DNA of 64,000 bases from an uncultured Alphaproteobacteria bacterium (GTDB lineage Bacteria; Pseudomonadota; Alphaproteobacteria; RF32; CAG-239), in assembly GCA_934254925.1 (NCBI GenBank), contig CAKQMD010000001.1, positions 13,266 to 77,265 on the forward strand, given 5' to 3'. Made by a program: the position numbers and the translations under genes. Shown piece after piece: positions 1 to 7,705 of the stretch. The notes below the pieces were generated by a model. That model saw only the letters and a list, made by a program, of their open reading frames with translations. It was not told where the DNA came from and ran no database searches. The first letter of the stretch is position 1; each line of letters starts with the position of its first letter.

Positions 1-588
1 CATCACCTTCAGCTGACGGGCAATCACTTCGTCATAACTGATTTCTTCAAAGCGCTTTGCCGCGGGGTCCTTTTTGGGGTCTCGATCATAGACACCGTCG
101 ACCTGGGTCGCCTTGAGCAAAACGTCGCATTGCATTTCGGAAGCCCGCAGCGCGGCGCCGGTGTCCGTCGTAAAATAAGGATTTCCCGTTCCGCCGGCAA
201 AAATCACAACGCGTCCCTTTTCCAAATGGCGCAAGGCACGACGGTAAATGTAATTTTCACAAACCGAAGGGATGTGCAATCCCGACATCACCCGGGCAGA
301 AACTCCGTTTTTTTCCAAAGCGTCCTGAAGGTAAAGCGCATTCATCACCGTGCCCATCATGCCGACCTGGTCGGCGACGGTCCGGTTCATGCCTTTCGAG
401 GCTTCTTTGGCGCCGCGGAACAAATTGCCGCTGCCGACGGTGACGCAAATCTCCACGCCGGCGGCATGAACTTTTTTGATCTGCGCGGCCAGAGAGGCTA
501 CCACTTCGGGAGATATTCCGAAAGGCTGCCCGCCGAGCAAACCCTCGCCGGAAAGTTTCAACAGAATGCGTTTATATAGCGGTTTCAT
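1..588 (-). CDS. pyrH: UMP kinase (uridylate kinase), 3' end truncated by window start
   Basis: Minus-strand translation starting at ATG 586-588 reads MKPLYKRILLKLSGE...GSGNLFRG...FAGGTGNPYFTTDTGAALRA. These are the classic amino-acid kinase / UMP kinase motifs. The + strand ORF 130..579 is its antisense shadow. Confidence 0.9.
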   Translation of the reverse strand, partial: MKPLYKRILLKLSGEGLLGGQPFGISPEVVASLAAQIKKVHAAGVEICVTVGSGNLFRGAKEASKGMNRTVADQVGMMGTVMNALYLQDALEKNGVSARVMSGLHIPSVCENYIYRRALRHLEKGRVVIFAGGTGNPYFTTDTGAALRASEMQCDVLLKATQVDGVYDRDPKKDPAAKRFEEISYDEVIARQLKVM

Positions 589-771
589 CTGAATGATCCT
601 TCAGTTATTTTTTTCAATATTAGCCATTTTATCGGGTTTGTCACCTAATATTTTAGCTTTTTTACATAAAAATTAATCACATGCTGCGGACGGAAAAGAA
701 ATTAAGGTTGAAAAATTGCCCCGTTTTGTATATTAAGGAAGAAGTTTTCAACTTTAGACGAGGGAAAATCC

Positions 772-1419
772 ATGGTCTCGACAAGCGTTATTCTTCTTCT
801 GGCTGCCGCCGGCGGCTATCTTTTGGGAGCTGTTCCTTTCGGGCTGGTGCTGACCCGTTTGGCCGGCCTCGGCGACATTCGCAAGATCGGTTCCGGCAAC
901 ATCGGCGCTACCAACGTCTTGCGCACCGGTCGCAAGGATCTGGCTCTGCTGACCGTCCTGCTGGATGCTCTTAAGGCCGGTATCGCTGCTCAGATCGCCT
1001 ATTGGCTGCTGCCGGCGACGCCGATTGATTTTTTCGGCTTTGCCACGGCCGAAAACGTTGCCGCTTCTCTGGTCGCAGGTGCTATGGGCGTCATCGGGCA
1101 TAATTTTCCGATTTGGCTGAAATTTAAAGGCGGCAAGGGCGTGGCTTCGACTTTCGGCTTTATTTTGTTTACCGACTGGCCTTTGGCGGCAGCGGCGCTG
1201 CTCATTTGGCTTTTCGTCGCCTTTACGACACGCTACTCTTCTTTGTCGGCCATTACGGCGGCGGTGGCGGTTCCCGTCTTGGCCTTTTTTACCGCGGCGC
1301 CGGTTTACGTCCTGGTTTACAGCCTGATCGCGCTTTTGGTCTTGGTACGTCACCATGGTAATATCCGCCGGCTTTTAAACGGAAGCGAAAGCAAAATCTC
1401 TTTCAAGAAAAACGGCTAG
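772..1419 (+). CDS. plsY: glycerol-3-phosphate acyltransferase PlsY
   Basis: 215-aa polytopic membrane protein with the GSGNIGATN and FKGGKGVA motifs typical of PlsY. Confidence 0.85.
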   Translation: MVSTSVILLLAAAGGYLLGAVPFGLVLTRLAGLGDIRKIGSGNIGATNVLRTGRKDLALLTVLLDALKAGIAAQIAYWLLPATPIDFFGFATAENVAASLVAGAMGVIGHNFPIWLKFKGGKGVASTFGFILFTDWPLAAAALLIWLFVAFTTRYSSLSAITAAVAVPVLAFFTAAPVYVLVYSLIALLVLVRHHGNIRRLLNGSESKISFKKNG

Positions 1420-1422
1420 GTA

Positions 1423-2538
1423 ATGGAACAGAACGTTAAAATACTCGATTATTTGCAACTGATCAATGCTGAAAACGTCGGGCCGATCACTTTTTACAAG
1501 CTGCTGGAGATTTACGGTTCGGCGGAAGCGGCACTCGCAGAACTGCCGAAAATGAAAAAATATCGTCCTTGGGACAGGCGTCGGGCAGAATTGGAGTTGG
1601 CCCGTGCCAGACAGCTGGGGATTGAGATCTTATGTTTTGACGACGCGGACTACCCTGCCGAACTGGCCGCCATGGAAGATCGGCCGCCACTGCTTTACCT
1701 TAAAGGTCGGTGCAAGGTTTTGGCCAATCCCTGCCGGGTTGCCGTCGTCGGCGCCCGCAACGCCTCGATCAACGGACGCAAAAACGCTTCGCGCATCGCC
1801 TATGATTTGACCAACGCCGGGGTGATCACCGTCTCGGGAATGGCACGCGGCATTGACAGCGCCGTGCACAAAGGCGCCATGTATGCCCAAGACCAGCAAG
1901 GCGCAACGATTGCCGTCCTCGGAACCGGTGCAGACGTGCCTTACCCTAAGGAAAATCAGGCCTTATACGAACAAATCGCCCAAAACGGCGTCATTATTTC
2001 CGAATTTCCGCTCGGCAGCGAACCACAGGCCAACAATTTTCCGCGACGCAACCGACTGGTGGCCGGCTTGTCCCTCGGAACTCTGGTGGTGGAAGCCACA
2101 TTGCATTCGGGATCGCTGATTACGGCGCGTTTGGCTTTGGAACAAGGTAAAGAGGTCTTTGCCCTGCCCGGATCTCCCAGCGACGCCCGTTCCCTCGGGC
2201 CGAACCGACTGATCAAAGACGGTGCCAACCTGATCGAAAACGCTGAGGACATTTTGGAAATTATCCGCACCGTCTCAGCCCGCGAAATTTCGCCGCTCCC
2301 GGCGGTTTCGCTCCCTCAAAGGAAAAAAATTTCAAAAGAAACCCCTTGCTTTAATGAAATAAAAACTGTAGATAAGACAAGAATCATTGATTATCTTGAC
2401 CATGACGGCGTTTACGTCGACGAGATTATCCGCCTGAGCGGCAAAGATCCCGCCGAAGTTTCCTTGGAGCTTCTGGAACTGGAGCTCAGCGGCAAAATCG
2501 AGCGGCAAGTCGGAAACAAGGTGGCGCTAAAAGGATAA
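1423..2538 (+). CDS. dprA: DNA-processing protein DprA (Smf)
   Basis: 371 aa with a Rossmann-like DprA core (VVGARNAS...GMARGIDSAVHKGA...ALPGSP) and a C-terminal winged-helix extension. Sits between plsY and topA as in many alphaproteobacteria. Confidence 0.85.
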   Translation: MEQNVKILDYLQLINAENVGPITFYKLLEIYGSAEAALAELPKMKKYRPWDRRRAELELARARQLGIEILCFDDADYPAELAAMEDRPPLLYLKGRCKVLANPCRVAVVGARNASINGRKNASRIAYDLTNAGVITVSGMARGIDSAVHKGAMYAQDQQGATIAVLGTGADVPYPKENQALYEQIAQNGVIISEFPLGSEPQANNFPRRNRLVAGLSLGTLVVEATLHSGSLITARLALEQGKEVFALPGSPSDARSLGPNRLIKDGANLIENAEDILEIIRTVSAREISPLPAVSLPQRKKISKETPCFNEIKTVDKTRIIDYLDHDGVYVDEIIRLSGKDPAEVSLELLELELSGKIERQVGNKVALKG

Positions 2539-2545
2539 AACTGAT

Positions 2546-4999
2546 ATGAAGTTAGTAATTGTAGAATCTCCGGCCAAAGCCAAAACCATTAACAAGTATC
2601 TGGGCAGCGACTATAAGGTGCTGGCCAGTTTTGGCCATATCCGGGATTTACCGAGCAAAGACGGATCCGTTCTGCCCGACGAAGATTTCCGCATGAGCTG
2701 GGAGCTCAGCCCCGGCGGCAAAAAACGCCTGCAAGATATTATTAACGCACTCAAAGACTGCGACACGATCGTCCTGGCCTCCGACCCGGATAGAGAAGGA
2801 GAAGCCATTGCCTGGCATATTTTGGAAGAGCTGACTCAACGCAAAAAAATCAAAGACAAGAAAATTGAACGTGTGGTTTTTCATGAAATCACCAAATCAG
2901 CCGTGACCGAAGCCATTAAGAATCCGCGCGAAATCGATGCTAATCTGGTTTCGGCCTATTTGGCCCGGCGGGCGCTGGACTATTTGGTCGGCTTTACCTT
3001 GTCGCCGGTCCTGTGGCGGAAACTGCCAGGCTCCAAATCGGCGGGACGCGTGCAATCCGTGGCATTACGCTTGATTTGCGAACGCGAAGCGGAAATTGAA
3101 AAATTCAAAGCCGAAGAATATTGGAGTATTGACGTTGATCTGATCACCAAGACGCAGGCACTGATCCGCTCGCATCTGATGGTGCTTGACGGCAAGAAAC
3201 TCGACAAGATGGACCTAAAAAACGAAGCGGCGGCATTGGAAGCCAAAGCCAAGATCGAGGCGCAGGAATTCTCTATCTCCAACGTGGAACGCAAAAAGGC
3301 CAACCGGTATCCGGCACCGCCGTTTACCACTTCCACCCTGCAGCAGGAAGCGGCTCGCAAGCTGCGTTTTTCGGCCAAGAGAACCATGCAGGTGGCACAA
3401 AAACTTTATGAAGACGGTTTGATCACTTATATGCGTACCGATGCGGTCAACCTTTCCAAAGAAGCTTTGGAAAACGCCCGGGAAGTGATCAAAAAATATT
3501 TCGGCGACGCTTATTTGCCCAAGGCTGCCAAAGAATACAAGACAAAATCCAAAAATGCGCAAGAGGCGCACGAAGCCATTCGTCCTTCGGACCTGATGAA
3601 CACGCCGAAAAAAATGGAGACCAAACTCGACAGCGAAGCACATAAACTTTATGAACTGATCTGGAAGCGCACAATCGCCTGTCAGATGAATCCGGCGGTC
3701 TTGGACAAGGTTGCCATTGACGCTACTTCCGCTGACGGGCAGATTATGTTGCGGGCCAACGGCCAAGTCATCGAGTTTGACGGCTTTCTCAAACTCTATC
3801 AGGAAAGTCGGGACGATGCCGACGACGATGATGAAAACCGTATTTTGCCTAACGTGGAAAACGGCGAGAAAGTCGACAAAGGCGATATCTATCCCGAACA
3901 GCATTTTACAACTCCGCCTCCGCGCTTTACCGAAGCCAGCCTGGTCAAAAAACTGGAAGAATTGGGAATCGGTCGACCGTCGACTTATGCTTCGATTATC
4001 GCCGTTTTGCAGGAAAGAAAATACGTGCGGGTGGAAAAGCTGCGCTTTATTCCCGAAGACCGCGGCCGAATTGTCACCGTCTTTTTGGAAAACTATTTCA
4101 AAAAATACGTCGAATATGACTTTACCGCGCAATTGGAAGAATTCCTGGACGACGTTTCCGCCGGTGAAATGGATTGGAAAAAGCTGCTGACCGGCTTTTG
4201 GGTTAAGTTCAGCAAAAACATCGACGCCGTTCAGCCTTTGCAAATCAGCAACGTGATTGACACGATTGACGAGGTTTTGTCTTTCCACCTCTTCCCGCCC
4301 AGAGAAGACGGCAGTGATCCTCGGCTTTGTCCGGAATGCGGCAAAGGACGCCTGAGCATCAAACTCGGAAAGTTCGGCGCGTTTATCGGTTGCTCCAATT
4401 ATCCTGAATGCAAGTATACCAAGCCTCTGATCGACACCAGCGATGAAGAAGTCAGCGACAAACCGCGGCAACCTTCGCCGGAAGACAAGGTTTTGGGCGA
4501 AATGCAGGGAATGAAAATTTACCTCAAAAAGGGCCCCTACGGTTTTTATCTGCAACTGGGCGAAGACGCGACGGCTACGACAGAAAAGCCCAAGCGCTCA
4601 GCTTTGCCGAAAAACATCAGTCCTGAAGAAGTAACCCTCGAGCAGGCGGAAGTTTTGTTGTCATTGCCGAGGGACCTTGGCGACGGCATTTTGGTAAATG
4701 TCGGTAAGTTCGGCCCTTATATCAAGCAAGGCGGTAAGTCCAAGTCTTTGACCGGAGGCGACAATATTTTCAACATTACTTTGGAAAGGGCCAAGCAGAT
4801 TTTGGCCAACGTGGCCGAACGACCGGCCGGAAAAGTTTTGGGAAAAAATCCCAAAGACAAGAATGATATTGTTTTAAGCAGCGGCCGCTACGGTCCTTAT
4901 CTGAAATGCGGCAAAAACAACTATGCCCTTCCTCGGGATCTCAAAGACCGAGAGCCGACGTTGGAAGAAGCCATAAAAATTATTGAAGCAAAAAAATAG
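2546..4999 (+). CDS. topA: DNA topoisomerase I
   Basis: 817 aa with an N-terminal TOPRIM (MKLVIVESPAKAKTI...), the topoisomerase IA core (TYMRTD, GIGRPSTYA) and C-terminal Zn-ribbon repeats (CPECG..., GCSNYPECKY). Confidence 0.95.
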   Translation: MKLVIVESPAKAKTINKYLGSDYKVLASFGHIRDLPSKDGSVLPDEDFRMSWELSPGGKKRLQDIINALKDCDTIVLASDPDREGEAIAWHILEELTQRKKIKDKKIERVVFHEITKSAVTEAIKNPREIDANLVSAYLARRALDYLVGFTLSPVLWRKLPGSKSAGRVQSVALRLICEREAEIEKFKAEEYWSIDVDLITKTQALIRSHLMVLDGKKLDKMDLKNEAAALEAKAKIEAQEFSISNVERKKANRYPAPPFTTSTLQQEAARKLRFSAKRTMQVAQKLYEDGLITYMRTDAVNLSKEALENAREVIKKYFGDAYLPKAAKEYKTKSKNAQEAHEAIRPSDLMNTPKKMETKLDSEAHKLYELIWKRTIACQMNPAVLDKVAIDATSADGQIMLRANGQVIEFDGFLKLYQESRDDADDDDENRILPNVENGEKVDKGDIYPEQHFTTPPPRFTEASLVKKLEELGIGRPSTYASIIAVLQERKYVRVEKLRFIPEDRGRIVTVFLENYFKKYVEYDFTAQLEEFLDDVSAGEMDWKKLLTGFWVKFSKNIDAVQPLQISNVIDTIDEVLSFHLFPPREDGSDPRLCPECGKGRLSIKLGKFGAFIGCSNYPECKYTKPLIDTSDEEVSDKPRQPSPEDKVLGEMQGMKIYLKKGPYGFYLQLGEDATATTEKPKRSALPKNISPEEVTLEQAEVLLSLPRDLGDGILVNVGKFGPYIKQGGKSKSLTGGDNIFNITLERAKQILANVAERPAGKVLGKNPKDKNDIVLSSGRYGPYLKCGKNNYALPRDLKDREPTLEEAIKIIEAKK

Positions 5000-5024
5000 G
5001 CGTTAACCAGCTTTGACATTTAAA

Positions 5025-5052
5025 CCCGGCACAAAAGTGCCGGGTTTTTTAT
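5025..5052 (+). terminator. rho-independent terminator after topA
   Basis: Hairpin cccggcac-aaaa-gtgccggg followed by a T-run (ttttttatttt). Confidence 0.6.
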
Positions 5053-5189
5053 TTTCTTTCTGTCTATATAGACGGATTCGAGGTCAATAGATTATATACA
5101 AAACGCTGATAGGCTGAGGAAAAGTTTTGCAAGTTTTTTGAGGCAAGTTCTCGTCTCCTTTATACTTCAAATATTAAAAAGGAGAAGAA

Positions 5190-7274
5190 GTGAGCAATGC
5201 TATCAGTTTAACCGCGTCAATGCGATCGAATTTGCTGAGCCTGCAACACATTGCGGGACAAGTTGACTTAACCCAAAATCGTCTCTCCACCGGCTTAAAA
5301 ATCAACTCGGCGATCGACAATCCTTCTTCTTATTACATGGCGGTATCCTTGAACAACCGGGCCAGTGATTTGTCGGCTTTGTTAGATTCCATGGTGCAGG
5401 GGATTCAAACAATTAAGGCGGCGACCGAGGGGCTGGAGGCCGGCGCCAATTTGTTGGAACAAGCGGCGGCCACAGCAACGCAGGCCTTAGAAAATGCCTA
5501 TTTCCGCCATAAGTCCTTGGATTATTATCTGACACAAGGCTATCGCGTCATTAATTCCGAAATGAGCAGTGCCGAAATTGAAGCTTTGATGGTTGACGGT
5601 GCTAAACTGGTCTTGGCCGACGATATGGTTTTGGACGCCGGATTGCTCCTGGCCGCTGACAATATCACCATTAACGGCAACGGTCATCGCCTGAGTTATG
5701 GAGGCACGGATGATTTGTTGTCCGTTTCTGGACAGAACACGACAATTACCAATATTAAACTGGATTATATTAACGCTTCCGGAGGAGCGGCAATTGACGT
5801 CACGGGATCGGCAGACGTTTCTTTGATTGAGATTGAAGCCCAGGGTAATAAAGTTTACGGAGTCCATTGCGGCAAAGGCGGCAAAATAACTCTGGACAAC
5901 AGTCTGGGGATTAAGGCCAGCGGTATCGGATCGCATAACTTGGTTAACGGCGACGTTGAACTTTATGACGGCAAAGGCAATACCCAAGCGATTATTGACC
6001 AGATCGGCGAGAATGGTTTGGCGGCGACGGCGGCGCATCAGTTTTATGCCCCGGGAGTTGCCAAAGACGACGCCAATTTCGGTCAGGGCCAATGGTATCT
6101 TCCTTCCATTGGCGAGCTGATGGAGCTTTACGGCACGGATGCCGATGCCATTACCGAAGGTAGCGGAACTTCCGGCGCAATCGGCAACAATAAAAACAAA
6201 ATTAACGAGGCGTTGAGTATTTTAAAAAGACACGCTGCGGCGGAAACACTGCAAAACGAATGGTATTGGTCGTCTTCCGAACATAAGGACGACACTTCTT
6301 TTATCCTTAATATGAGTAACGGTTTCCGCAGTCCCAATACAAAGTCGACCGAAAACGGCAGCGGTCTTCATGTTCGCTGTTTTCAGCTTCTGGAAAATCG
6401 TTTTGATCCGGCTAAAGGCAGTCCGAAAATCGGCGACGTGATGTACTCTGACCTGAGTTATGGCCCCGCCGACGCCTATGACAGCAGCAAAACCGCCGTG
6501 GGAGTGGTGACTTGGATTTCGGAAGACAGAAGATCGGCCAAAATCGTCAATTTAAAAGACCTGCGTTTCAGTTCTCATGATCAGGCGGGAAACTTTAATT
6601 CCGACAAGCCTTATGACGCCTCAGGAAGCATGGTTTCCACCAGCCGCTGGACAACGGCCAACGCCGGAAACACCAATATTACAAACATAACGGATTACGG
6701 TTATTCGCAACTGATGTCTGCCGCGCAATCGGGCGGAAAAATTACGGTCAGCAACACTAATTTGACAATGAATAAGAACGAGGCTTATCTTGTCGGTGCA
6801 ATTTCTTCCTACAATGAAATCCTTGCACAATACGATCTCCTGATCAAAGACAGTTCTTACAAGGGCATTAACCTGTTGCAAGAGCAGGACCTGACCGTGG
6901 TCTTTAACGAAAAACGTTCGGCAAAATTGTCGGTGCAAGGCAAAGACGCCTCCTCTCAAACCTTAGGCTTGACAACGAATGATTGGCAAAATCAAGGCGA
7001 CGTTGCACAGTCTTTAAGCGAGATTGCCGCCGCTCTCAATCAAATCAGCCAAATGTCATCAGAACTTGGAAACTGTTATTCGCTCATCACCACGCGTGAG
7101 GATTTTACGCAGAATTTGATCAATATTTTAACCGAGGGTTCCGATAAGTTGACTCTTGCCGATATGAACGAGGAATCGGCCAATATGCTGGCCCTGCAAA
7201 CACGGCAACAGCTGGCAGTCAATTCGCTGTCCCTCGCCTCGCAGGCCAGCCAGTCGATTTTGAAACTGTTTTGA
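5190..7274 (+). CDS. flagellin-domain protein with large non-canonical central insert (beta-helix-like segment + DUF1566/Lcl-like domain)
   Basis: GTG start with RBS aaaaggag 6 nt upstream. The N-terminus (LQHIAGQVDLTQNRLSTGLKINSAIDNPSSYY...) and C-terminus (ANMLALQTRQQLAVNSLSLASQASQSILKLF) match flagellin D0/D1 helices. The middle ~450 aa carry repeated NITINGNG, TITNIKLDYINASGG and VTGSADVSLIEIEAQGN turns, then the WYLPSIGEL, WYWSSS and VRC motifs of DUF1566. Confidence 0.75.
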   Translation: MSNAISLTASMRSNLLSLQHIAGQVDLTQNRLSTGLKINSAIDNPSSYYMAVSLNNRASDLSALLDSMVQGIQTIKAATEGLEAGANLLEQAAATATQALENAYFRHKSLDYYLTQGYRVINSEMSSAEIEALMVDGAKLVLADDMVLDAGLLLAADNITINGNGHRLSYGGTDDLLSVSGQNTTITNIKLDYINASGGAAIDVTGSADVSLIEIEAQGNKVYGVHCGKGGKITLDNSLGIKASGIGSHNLVNGDVELYDGKGNTQAIIDQIGENGLAATAAHQFYAPGVAKDDANFGQGQWYLPSIGELMELYGTDADAITEGSGTSGAIGNNKNKINEALSILKRHAAAETLQNEWYWSSSEHKDDTSFILNMSNGFRSPNTKSTENGSGLHVRCFQLLENRFDPAKGSPKIGDVMYSDLSYGPADAYDSSKTAVGVVTWISEDRRSAKIVNLKDLRFSSHDQAGNFNSDKPYDASGSMVSTSRWTTANAGNTNITNITDYGYSQLMSAAQSGGKITVSNTNLTMNKNEAYLVGAISSYNEILAQYDLLIKDSSYKGINLLQEQDLTVVFNEKRSAKLSVQGKDASSQTLGLTTNDWQNQGDVAQSLSEIAAALNQISQMSSELGNCYSLITTREDFTQNLINILTEGSDKLTLADMNEESANMLALQTRQQLAVNSLSLASQASQSILKLF

Positions 7275-7279
7275 TGAAA

Positions 7280-7305
7280 AAGCCCCGGAAAATCGGGGCT
7301 TTTGA
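7280..7305. terminator. bidirectional rho-independent terminator between flagellin gene and META lipoprotein gene
   Basis: gccccggaaaatcggggc hairpin followed by ttttg. A-run on the other side. Confidence 0.55.
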
Positions 7306-7312
7306 GTAGAAG

Positions 7313-7705
7313 TTATTGGGCTTCTTTGATAACGCCGACTTCTTCAAAAAACAGTTCTTCGTTTTTATCATTGCTCAGCGTCAACTTTTTGCCGTCTAAT
7401 TTTATTTTGCTCATGGTCGGCAAAATTTTCAAATATTCATTTTCCGCCACCATCTGGTCTTCCGGGCCCATCATCATGGTGGAAGCCGCCGGACCAAATT
7501 TGATCTCCGTTCCGTTCAATTCATAAGTGCCGAAATAGCGGTTGACGACGGCGCCGAAATAGCGATTGTCGTCCGCACCGAAAGCCAGGCTGATCTCCGC
7601 ATTGTTGGGGCTGTTGGTCAGCTTGTATTCCTTGCCTTTGATACTGTCTTTGTTACAACCGGCCAAAGCGGCGGCCATGGCCAAAATGGTCAAAAGTTTT
7701 TTCAT
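7313..7705 (-). CDS. META-domain (HslJ-like) lipoprotein
   Basis: Lipobox LAGC after the signal peptide. Small beta-rich periplasmic protein resembling META/DUF306. Contains an internal 7-codon tandem duplication (DDNRYFGAVVNRYFG). Confidence 0.55.
   Translation of the reverse strand: MKKLLTILAMAAALAGCNKDSIKGKEYKLTNSPNNAEISLAFGADDNRYFGAVVNRYFGTYELNGTEIKFGPAASTMMMGPEDQMVAENEYLKILPTMSKIKLDGKKLTLSNDKNEELFFEEVGVIKEAQ

Noticed and set aside
3215-4555. 446-aa minus-strand ORF inside topA
   Set aside because: Antisense shadow ORF of a well-supported topA reading frame. No motifs, composition mirrors topA.
5053-5189. sigma-28 (FliA) promoter upstream of the flagellin gene
   Set aside because: Looked for TAAA-N15-GCCGATAA. 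No convincing match seen by eye.
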